A DNA stretch of 64,000 nt. Source: Phaeosaccion multiseriatum. Its lineage: Eukaryota; Protista; Ochrophyta, other classes. Under the pieces are notes generated by a model, which saw only the letters and a list, made by a program, of their open reading frames with translations, did no database searches and was not told the DNA's origin. The DNA lies in assembly GCA_965112735.1 (NCBI GenBank), contig OZ218951.1, positions 4,774,001 through 4,838,000 of the forward strand, read 5' to 3'. The first letter of the stretch is position 1. Each line of letters begins with the position of its first letter. Positions 53,484 through 64,000 of this stretch are shown piece after piece. The translations under genes and the position numbers were made by a program.

Positions 53484-54822
53484 TGTGTGTGTGTGCGTGT
53501 GGTGTGCGTGTGTGTGTGTGTGTGTGGTGTGTGTAAGTGCTTGTTTTGTGTGTGTGTATGGAGATGTTCCCCTCCCCCTCCATCCCCTCCCCTCCCATCC
53601 AATTCCACCCCCCTCCTAGATTATTCCACCAACTGCTGCACTGCATCTCCCACACCAACTGTGAACCAAAGCAGGGCGGGGGCGAGGCAGAAGAAGTCTC
53701 TTCTTCCCTCACGAGCTTGACAGGCTGCTCCGAGGGTGGAGGTTGGGGGAGGGGGACTGTCCCGAGGGGGCTGTGCTGCACCTGATGCTGGAGGAGCTCG
53801 TGTGGGAACAAGTCGAAGCGGAGACCGACGCTCTCTTGCGCCAACAGCAGCAGCAGCTGGTGCTACAACAACAGCAGCAGCAGCAGCAGCAGCAGGCGCA
53901 GCAGTTGGTGATACAGCAGAAGCGCGGTGTGGCGCACGGAAGCGGCAGCGTCGACAGTTGTTATTCGTCAAGCTCCCAATCCCCTCTGTTCGGAGCCCTT
54001 GCCGAAGCGAGCAGCCTCGATGTGTCGGGAGGAGCGGGATCGGTGTGGTCGCCCGCTGAATCACCACCACGTGCAGCAGCAGCAGCAGCAGCAGCAGGAG
54101 GAGGAGGAGGAGGAAGAGGAGGAGGAGGAGGAGGAGGAGAAGGAGGAGAAGGCCCATTGCTCTCCAACCCCGTTGCTGTGGCGTACGGCGAGCAGGTGTC
54201 AGGTCGTCTCCTCGCAGGCAAGGCGGCGTGCTTCATGTGCCGGTACCCCATTGAGCCGGGCAGCAGCCTGGAGATTGTTGTAACCGTCACCAGCTCCTCT
54301 TCCTACGGGGACTTGATGCCCGGGAAGAAGGGCGGGCACGGAGATGGGCAGTTGGTGGTACAGCAGCAGCAACCACAGCAGCAGCATGCCGTCTTCCTTC
54401 ACACTGTGCATGTGAGTAGTGCAAGTGGTGTAGGGTAGTGGAGGGGTGGGTGGGATGGTGAGGGTGGTGGGTGGTGCGTGTCAGGACAGAGAGTGTGGTG
54501 CTTAGTGCCTCCTTCACTGACGTACCCGGCTTCAACTCCACCTCATCTGCTGAAAGGTACAGCTGCTGACGACAGCCGTCACTTTTGCGCATGCTCCTTC
54601 TGCTGTGTTCATCCCTCCCTCTCCTCTCCTCTCCTCCAGGCCAGCGCCCTCCCCTCCGAGCTGAGTGGCTTTGCCTACTCTTCCTCCTCCCCCTCTTCCT
54701 CCCACCGCCGAGTGGTGCAGTGGGATGCCGACGCCTTCACACAAGACATGCCGGTGTTCTTTGCCGTCCATGCTCCTCCTCTGCCTTTGGCTGCCGTCGC
54801 TGTGACCCGTAGCGGTAGTAGT

Positions 54823-54905
<83 letters not shown>

Positions 54906-55083
54906 TAGTAGTAGTAGCGGTAGTGCCCTGACAGGGGAAGGGGAAGCAGCAGTTGGGGACACGGCAGAAGGAGGAGGAGAAGGAAAAGAAGGGTCGGCAG
55001 AGGCAGAGGCTGTGGCGGAGGAAGACCGGCAAGAGTAAGTCATGTGTGCGCATGTGTGTATGTGCGTGTGTGTATGTGTATGT

Positions 55084-55124
<41 letters not shown>

Positions 55125-58100
55125 TGTGCATGTGCGTATATGTATGTGTGTATACGTGTATGTGTATACTGTGTGTGTATGTGTGCGTGCGTTGTGTTTG
55201 TCCGTACGTGTGTATCTCTGCGCGCATGTGTATGTGCATCTATGCGTGTGTGTGTGTGTGTGCGCTTGGGTGTGTGTGCCCCTCCCTCTTTCGTGCGTCG
55301 TTCGCATCGCTCATCATATCCATCTCCGTTTCCATGCGTGTGCGCGCGCGTGCGTGCGTGCGTGTCCTCCCCCCCCCCCTCCTCACACAGAGCGATGATG
55401 GCCCGTCTGCTTGCATATCGCAAGAGCACAGTGTCATTCACTGTATCAGTTCGAACCCTCTCGCAGCCCAGAGTACAGCTCGACAGCTCGTGGGAGCCAC
55501 TCACGCTTGGCGGCAGTGCGGAAGAGGGGAAGTTGGTGATACAGGGGCAGGAGGAGAAGCAGGAAGGCGGCAGGGGGGGCTACGGCTCTGCGTCAACCAT
55601 GGTACGAAGGGGAGGAGCGGGAAGGGAAGGAAGGAGAAAAAGGGGGAGGGGAAGGGGATGGGATAGCGGTATAGAAGTCTCTGTCTCTCTCTCTCTGTCC
55701 TCCTCTCCCTCCCTCTCTCTGTGTCTCTCCCTCTCTATCTCCCTCTCTCCCTCTCCCTGCTTCCACTTCTCCCGAAGCTACAGCCCCCTCTCGGCACTAA
55801 CAAGCTTACTCCTCCTGCTGGTGTGTGCGTCTGTGGGCCTGTGTGTGTGTATGTCCTCTGTTGTGCCGTGACACACAAACACTCCCCACACACACAGGCC
55901 CACACCGGCATCAAGCGGGGGCGTATGGAGGAGGACGGGGAGGAGGAGGAACTCCCCCGGGGGGCAGAGAATGGGGAGGAGGGGCGGCACACGTCTGCTC
56001 AGGGACTGGAGAAGGAGGAGGGAGCGCGGGGGGCAGGCGACAGGAAGAGACAGAGGGCAGGACCAGCAGGAGGTGTGTGGGTATGCGTAGAGTGTAGAGG
56101 AGGGAGAGTGAAGTAGTGAAGCTGTGAAGTGAATCCCTTCCTAGGCTGGATAGGGATCACAAGCCTAAACGATTTCTCTCCCTTCTTTCCGTGCATCTCT
56201 CCCTCCCTCCCTCCCTCCCTCCCCTCGTCCCTCCATCATCAACAGATCCGGAAGAGGTGGTCTGTTCGGACGACACCTCCCTCTTCGTCACCCTTCGCCT
56301 CCCATCCTCCCTTCAGTCCCTCCCCTACTCCTCCTCCTCCTCCTCCTCCACCCACCCCTCCTCCTCCCCCTCCTCCTCCCCTCACCCCTCCATCAACTGC
56401 CATCCCGCCTTTCGGCAGCGACTCAGCGAGATGATCAAGATCGCTCCCCCACCCCTCTCTCCCCGGGCCGCCTGGATGTCACCCGCTGCCCATCACCATA
56501 AGTCAGCAGAGCAAGGGGGAGAAGAGGGTGGAGGAGAAGAGGGAGCACTCCCTCCTCATGCAGGAGATGCCTTTCCAACCGGACTCGGAGGAGGAGGAGG
56601 TTGTGAATCACCAACCGGTGCATCGCGGAGTGCTGTATCACCAACTCCTCGGCGTGACGCCAGTACGGTGCTGAAGGAAGCGCAGCCCATCGTCACGTTG
56701 CAGGTGCGCGCGTGCGTGTGTGTGTGCGTGTGTGTGTGCGTGTGTGTGTGTGGGTGTGTGTGCGCGTGGGTGTGTGACTACTGCTGCTGCTGCTGCTGGA
56801 TCACTGGCGCTAGTGCTGGTACTTGCTGCTGCTGTATCACCAACGGTAGCTGCCGATACTTTCCTGACTTCTCCTCCTCCCCTCTCTCCCTCCCCTCCTC
56901 AACGACCAATTTCCAATTCCAATTCCAATCAAAAGGTGAAGGTCCGCAACGCTGGCGACGTCCTGAATGTGTACTGCTGTACCCGCAACCCCCGCCCCGC
57001 CCCTGCAGAGGCTGCACACGTGTGGTGGATGGGGGCAGGGAGGGGGGGAGGGGCGGTGGACTACAGAGGGCTTCCTCAGGTAAGATGGATGGCAGTGGAT
57101 GGCAGTAGATGGCAGTAGATGGCAGCAGATGGCAGAGGATGGCAGTTATTTACACGGCCTTTGCCCTTGCCCTTGCTGTCTCCTCTTACCCTCTTCGCTT
57201 CCCCTCTCCTCTTCCCTTCTCCTCCCCTCTTGTCCTCTCCTCTTCGCTTTCCCTCTCCTCTCCCCTTCCCCTCTCCACTGCGCTTCCCCTCCCCTCTTCG
57301 CTTCCCCTCTCCTCTCCTCTCCTCTTCCCCTCTCTCCCTCAGTGGAACCGCCTCACCATGCGGCTGCCTGCGGACCACTCCGGCGTGCTCTACGTGGGTG
57401 AGTGAGTGAGTGAGTGAGTGTGGTGTGACGTGAGCGGCCCTTGCCCTACGAGAGGCGGAGGAAGGGGATTTTTGCAGTGGAAGACGGGAGAGTGTAGGCT
57501 ATTTTGGATCCTCCTTACTCTCTCACTCCCTCACTCCCTCACTCATGCTGGCCTGCTCCTCCCTCAAGTATGTTTCCTCCTCTGCCCTTCCTTCACTGCC
57601 CCCCCTGACCCCCTCCATAAGGCATGTACGGTATCCCTGCCCCTGCCACCAAGCAGCGTCAGCGAGGCTTGTCCCCGAGGGGGTCGTCCCCCCCAGGGGG
57701 GGTGGTCACCACCCCGGGGGGCTTGACAGGAGACCCGCCGGGGAAGCTGCAGGTAGAGCTCAAGGCCTCTGTTTGCTACCCTCCCATCCTACTGCCGCCC
57801 AGGTCAGTAGTAAGCCAGTGAGGTAGGCAGGCAGATGGGCAGGCAGATGGGCAGGCAGGCCGGCTGTCAGTCAGTCAGTCAATCAGTCGGTGAAGGTAGC
57901 AATTAGTGAATGACTCACTCACTCACTCACTCACTCGCTAGCTGACTCACTCAGTCACGTATTCACTCACGCACTCACTCACTCACTCACTCACTCACTC
58001 ACTCACTCAATCACTCACTCACTCACTCACTCACTCGCTCACTCACTCTCTCCCCCTCACTCACTCAATCAATCACGCACCCACTCCCTCACTCACACAC

Positions 58101-59529
58101 TCACACACTCCCTTCCTCCCTCCCTCCCTCACTCCCTCACTGCCACATACTCCCTCCCCTCCCCATCCCCCAATCATTCATCCACTGCCATCCCCCCAAT
58201 CACACATCCACTGCCATCCATCTCCATAGAACGGTGTTGTCCGGCTCCATCCCACGTGGGCAGCGCAGAGACTTCCTCTGGGAGCTTGTGAGGGAGGCCC
58301 CGGTGGTGGAGGGTAGGCTGTTGGTGATACGAGTCATAGATGCCGATCTCCACAAGGACCTTTGGAAGGGGGTGCAGTCCCTGCTAGGAGGGGCGAAACG
58401 GCTGGCGGGGCTACTGGCAAGGGAGGCAGGCTTTGAGGAACAGGTCTCCCTCGCCTCCCTCCGTGTTACCACGAGCCCCTCCCCCAACGCGAGTGCTCCT
58501 CTCTCGTCCCTCCTTGCCCCCCTCCTCTGCCCGAGCCTCTATCTCCACCGCCGAGAGACTCCCGACTCGGAGACCCACGACTGGGTCGGACAGATAGGAC
58601 ATGTCTCCTCCTCCTCCTCCTCCTCCTTCAAGGAGGGTGTCATGACCATCCGCTCGCTCGGGAGTAGAGGGGAGGGGAGGGATGAGGGGGGGAGGGCAAG
58701 GCTTATTGTGGAACACGTGGAGGACGTCAAGGTGTGTGGTATTGCTGTTATTGTTGTTGTTGTGCTGAGAGAGGAGCAGAACAGGGGATGGCAATGAATG
58801 GATGGATGAATGGATGGATCATCATTTTAGCTTGTGGTGTCTGCCTGCCTCTGTGTCTCTGCAAAGCTTTTTCATTGCAATGGATGGGCCTAACCCCCCC
58901 CCCCCCTTGGTCTGCTTCCCATGGATCTGCCCGCAGATCAACGGCTCCGATGACGGCCGTCTGAGTGGACTTCGAGTGCGGCTTGGGGTGCTCTCTGGCG
59001 ACGCCACGGACGTGGATTACCAACTGCTCTTCAGCAACAGGTGCGGGGTGCATGCGTGTGTGTGTGTGCGTGCGCGCGCACCAGATCCGTGCAGAGCAGT
59101 CCAAATCACTGCACATACCCTACCCTACCCTACCCTACCCTAACCTACCCTACCCTACCCTACCCTACCCTACCCTACCCTACCCTACCCTACCCTACCC
59201 TACCCTACCCTACCCTACCCTACCCTACCCTACCCTACCCTACCCTACCCTACCCTACCCTACCCTACCCTACCCTACCCTACCCTACCCTACCCTACCC
59301 TACCCTACCCTACCCTAACCTACCCTACCCTAACCTACCCTACCCTACCCTACCCTACCCTACCCTACCCTACCCTACCCTACCCTACCCTACCCTACCC
59401 TAACCTAACCTACCCCACCTTCTCTGTCCGTCCAGACCTCAGACGAGGGCCGATCAAGAGCGACAGATGACAGCCGCGGCAACAGGTTCCACTTTCGACC
59501 AAATGATGCAGGTGTGCGCGCACGCGTGT

Positions 59530-59577
<48 letters not shown>

Positions 59578-60674
59578 GTGTGCATGTGTGTGTTTGTGCG
59601 TGCATGCGCATGCGTGAAGCATATTGGCTCCCTTCGCGCATGCTTACATACGTACATCCATACACGCTTGCACATCAGCGAGTGGACGCCTTCCTCACTC
59701 CGCACTCTTCAATCTATCCTCGTTCGGTTCGTCACCCCTCACTCCTCCCTCCTCCCTCCTCCGTCCTCCGTCCTCCCGTGGTCTCTCCTCACCTCACCCT
59801 CCTCACTTTTCCCACACTTCTTTCTCCTCTCTCCCCACTTCTCCCCTCGGGGCTGGTGCGGATATGTGCAGGCGGCGGCAGGGAGCGACAACGGCGCTGT
59901 CAACAAGCATCAGTCGCGCCTCGAAGCCTTACGAGGAGGCAGCAACAAAGGGACCCGAGGAGCTGCAGCAGTTGGTGACACAGCAACAGAAGCAGCAGCA
60001 GCAGCAGCTGAAGGAGGAGGAGGAGCAGTGAGATCGGCGTTTGAAGCCGCTGTAACCACTGCCAAGCCCCTGAGACAAGGAGGGGGTCGTGGTGATGGTG
60101 TCTGGATGGGCAATGAACATGAGACTCCTCTGGAGGAGCCCTTTACAGCTGCCGACGACGCGTCTGACCAACTCCGCGGACAGCAAGACAGAGACTGGCT
60201 GGGCCTGTTTGCAGAGCCGAGCTTGGGTGATTACGCCACCGCCGAGGCTGCTGCTGGAGGGCTACGTTTAGTCGATACGGTGAGGCTGTATGTGTGCGCT
60301 TTTATCTTTGTATGTGTGTCTACGGAAGTGTGTGAGTGTGGATGTGAGTGTGTGCGCGCGGGAGTAGCTAAGGACTCTTCCCTCCTCCCGCTCGCTCCCT
60401 GCTGAAGCCGTGCCTTTTTAGGTGGTTCCTATTAAGTCAACAAATATTCCCCACCCACCCTTATCCATCAACCCACCCATACACATGCCACACGCGGCCA
60501 CATTAACTGCCATCCATCCCGACCCCCCTTTCACCCCTCCCTGGGTTGTGTCATTAATAAAGGACAACGATGACGTTGGCGATGACGTCGATGCGACTAT
60601 TGACACTCACGGGATGGGGCGACGCCCCTTCTCTTCAGAGCGTGAAGAGGGCGAAGAAGAGCAAGAACAAGAAC

Positions 60675-60708
<34 letters not shown>

Positions 60709-62599
60709 TGGTGATACGAGAGTTGGCAAGCAGCAGCATCCCCAGGGGGGGGTGATCGACGGCCTCATCGCTGATCTCAAGAAGGACGGGGAGGAGAGCA
60801 AGCAGGCCAAGCAGGCACAGCAGTTGGTGATACAGCAGCGGCGCCATCGCCAGCAGCAGCTCAAGGAGGAGCGAGCGAGGGCGGAGGGAGGGGAGGAGCT
60901 TCTTGCGGGCCGGAGGGGCTCGGATTGCTTCCGACAGGTAAGTGCGTACATACGTACGTGTCCGTACCCTCGTATGTAAGGTTATGGTTTACTTCAGATC
61001 GTACGTACACAAGCCGCTCAAGAGCAAGTACGTGTGTGTGTGCATGTGTGGGGGGGAGAAAGGGAGAGGACATTGCAAGCATGACTGAATGAGCCGGCGG
61101 CGGCTGCTACTGGTGCTACTGCTGCTGCCCCCCCTCCTCCTCTCCTCCTCTCCTCCCCTCCCCTTTGACCGTTGACCCCTCTTCCCACCTGCCATCCCGT
61201 CCCTTTCTCATCATTCCTCGTGCACTCGCGTTGGTTCTACAGAGCTTCGGGGATCTCCGCCTCGACGATAACAACGACGAGAAGCATGGCGAGAACGACG
61301 AAGAAGGAGAGGAGGAGCAGGACGAGGAGGACGAGGAGCGGCAGGACGAGGAGGGCGTGGATTCTGGCATGCGTGTGCCCCAACGTCCCAAAAGGCCCCC
61401 CCTCGCCAAGTTCCGGTGTGTATGCGTGTGTACGTGTGTGCGTGCGTGTGCGTGCGTGTGCGTGCGTGTGTGTGCGTGTGTGTGCGTGTGTGTGCGTGCC
61501 TGCGTGCGTGCATGTGTGTGTTGTGACCCGCCTTTGGTCCCTCAAAGGGTGCGGTGGATGGCAAGCGATGGGAGGCCTTTGATTAAATCAATAAGTACGT
61601 GAACCAATCCTCTAAGCTCTTGTCCACTACCCTCCACTACCATCCACCGCCACCACCCCCCCCCTCCCCTCCTCTACCCTCCCCCACCCACCCCCCCACA
61701 GCCGCTCAAACTCATTCATTCTCCAGGCAGAACGGAGCCCCGCGTCATCAGAGGGAGAAGGAAAGGGAGAAGGAGAGAGGGTGGGCAGCCACATGCCGTC
61801 GCGAGGAGAGCAAGTAGACGAACTCGAAACCGAACTCGATGCCGATGACAATGTCGATGTCGATGTCGAAGCGCGCCTGGGGGAAGCAAGGGTGAGGGGT
61901 GCCTCCTCCTCCTCCTCGTCCTCCCACGCGGCCTTGTTGCAGCGCATGGGTCTCGCGATACCCAACTTCGACCGCGTGCAGCAGTACGAAGACCTGCAGC
62001 GGGAGCTGGAGATGCTCAGGGGGGAGGAGGAGAAGGACTACGCAGGAGGAGGGAGGACCCGAGCGACTAGAGGGGAGGGCTCTAGGCGCGGACAGACGAC
62101 TCGGCCTGCCAGCGCTCGGCCTCGGATGGAGGGGGGCGCCGGGCAGACCCAGGGGGGGCAGGGAGAGCAGGTATGGAAGGAAGGAAGTGGCTGTAGATGA
62201 AAGTTGAGGGCTGAAGGCTGAACGACAGCATGACAGCAGCTGTCAAGGCCGCGTGGGGATGGAGGGGGGTCGGTGCCAGGGTGTTGGGGGGGGGGGGGAA
62301 AGGCGCAAAGGAGCAAAGGTGGATGATCAACGATTGAGTCCTCTTCGCCCTTCTTTCTCTCTCTCTTTCTTTCTGTCCCTCTCTCTGTCGCTCTCGCTGT
62401 CTCTTACCTCTCTCTCTTTCTCTCTCTCTCTCTCTCCCTCCCTCTCGCTCTGGTCACCTGCCTCTCTCGCCCCCTCCTTTCCTCCCTCCGTCTCTCTCTC
62501 TCTCTCCCTCTGTCTCGTGGGCCACAGACGCGTACACCGCTCTCCTTCGACAGCAGACCAGGCAGCGCTCGCAGCGCCAGCGCCGCGAAGAAGCGGAAT

Positions 62600-62649
<50 letters not shown>

Positions 62650-64000
62650 CAGAGGGGGCAAGGGCGGCAGAGAGGGAGGGCTGCTGATGCGGGGGGCGGC
62701 GGCGGTTCTGCAGCAACAGCGGCAATCCGGCCAAGCCTCTGCGGTGAGTGAGGGGAGGGAGAGAGGGAGGGAGTGCGACACTGACGGAGGGAGGGAGTGA
62801 CGTAGAGAAAGCGGGAGTGAAAGCGCGAGGGAGTGAATGAGTGCGGGAGGAAGTAAGGTAGTGAGAGCGTGGGGGGAGGAAGGAAGGAAGGAAGGATAGC
62901 AGCGTCGCCAGCATGGCAGTGAGGTCTCACAACAACGAAGACAGCGACGTGTGAATTGAATGAGTGCTTGATACCCTCGGTGTGAATTGAATGAGTGCTT
63001 GATACCCTCGGTGTGAATTGAATGAGTGCTTGATACCCTCGGTGTGAATTGAATGAGTGCTTGATACCCTCGGTGTGAATTGAATGAGTGCTTGATACCC
63101 TCGCTCCCGTACCCTGCCCCACTCGTGCTCTGCTGCTCGGCTGCTCTGCTGCTCTGCCCCACCATTCATGCCTGCTCGATCCTGCTGTATGCGGCTCTGT
63201 CCCACTCCTTTCTACTCCTCATCTCTCATCCCAAAGGCCAAGCTTCGGAGTCGTCGGGAGAAGCAACAGCAGCGGCGAGCAGCGGCCATCGCGGCGACAG
63301 GCGTGGTTGGATCCAGCACGGCCAGAGGAGGAGCAAGGCCGGTGACGGCTGCTGCTGCTGTACCACCAACTGTTGTATCTCGAGACGATGTGCTGGAGTG
63401 GGGTAAGCAGATCGAGATGGCACTGGACAGGAGGGCAGAGCTTGTCGAAGGCGGCAAGATGTTCGCCGTCAATGGAAGGTGAGGAGGGAGGCAAGGAGGG
63501 ACGGAGGGGGTAAGGAAGGGATGGACGGAGGGAGGGAGGGAGGGAGGGAGGGAGATGGCAAAGGGTAGAGAATGTTATGGATCCAATGCACGAAGGGATG
63601 GAGCGCTATGGATCTAATGCACGAAGGGATGGAGCGACGAAGCGAGGGAGCGACTCGACTCCCCACAGCACGGACGGTGGTGCGCTCGGCTCTACCCCTC
63701 CCGACATACACTTCCTCCCTGCCTCCTTCCTTCCTTCCTTCCTTCCTTCCTTCCTTCCTTCCTTCCTTCCTTCCTCCCTGCCTCCTTCCTTCCTTCCTTC
63801 CTTCCTTCCTCCCTGCCTCCTTCCTTCCTTCCTTCCTTCCTTGCTCCCTTCCTTCCTTCTACTCCTTGACTTAGGGCACATTCTGATAACCTCCTCCCCC
63901 CCCTCACCTCTCTCTCTCTCTCTCCACTCTCTCCACCCTCTCGTCCCCCTCCCCTCTGTCCACCCTTTCTCCCCTCGTACCAGAGAACAAGTACGCATCA
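48687..64000 (+). CDS. Very large multi-exon hypothetical gene (may be more than one gene), truncated by window end
   Basis: The first exons 48687..48746, 49140..~49244, 49720..49860 and ~50098..50217 are phase-consistent and are followed by many GT-AG-bounded exons up to ~63480. The N-terminal helical domain (QGD..., WW, KEEY, DW..D, F..AIF.VVDNW...EY..FL) is vaguely EF-hand-like. No function assigned. Confidence 0.65.
53022..53195. repeat. Intronic minisatellite, 40-bp unit x~4.3
   Basis: cccatatgactct(g/a)tctgatgacctcatgt(g/c)atgtgccct repeated head-to-tail. Confidence 0.95.
59116..59415. repeat. Intronic (TACCC)n / (TAGGG)n pentamer satellite, ~60 copies with occasional TAACC
   Basis: Directly visible; it lies between a donor at ~59041 and an acceptor at ~59436. 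Confidence 0.95.
62949..63103. repeat. Intronic minisatellite, 31-bp unit x5, perfect
   Basis: gtgtgaattgaatgagtgcttgataccctcg x5 with no spacers. Confidence 0.95.

Noticed and set aside
62949-63103. 31-bp x5 repeat as a CRISPR array
   Set aside because: Units are head-to-tail with no spacers, lie in a eukaryotic intron, and no cas genes are present.

Overview
Eukaryotic, GC-rich, intron-rich nuclear DNA with GT-AG introns filled with microsatellites. It is probably from a photosynthetic stramenopile, inferred from one gene with a signal peptide followed by an 'AHG-F' cleavage site resembling a bipartite plastid-targeting presequence. Two kinds of sequence alternate. (1) Multi-exon housekeeping-type genes with long low-complexity insertions: a Tubby-family gene, a FANCJ/RTEL1-type Fe-S DNA helicase carrying an N-terminal G-patch, a plastid-targeted hypothetical, a membrane-anchored RING E3 ligase, and a very long unknown gene running off the right end. 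(2) An eight-member family of two-exon, all-ankyrin genes (4 apparently intact, 1 with a single frameshift, 2 clear pseudogenes, 1 with an unresolved first exon). They share N- and C-terminal caps, vary in repeat number, concentrate substitutions on the binding-surface positions and are mosaics of one another, so they look like a natural DARPin-type receptor repertoire. A degenerate metallo-beta-lactamase-fold gene is also present. Independently, a 15-bp motif (CAGTTGGTGRTACAG) occurs about 25 times on both strands, in introns and in three different reading frames of exons, and was not seen in the ankyrin arrays. No rRNA, tRNA, CRISPR array or transposase was recognised. Frameshifts inside G/C homopolymers indicate some sequencing error, so single-frameshift pseudogene calls are tentative.
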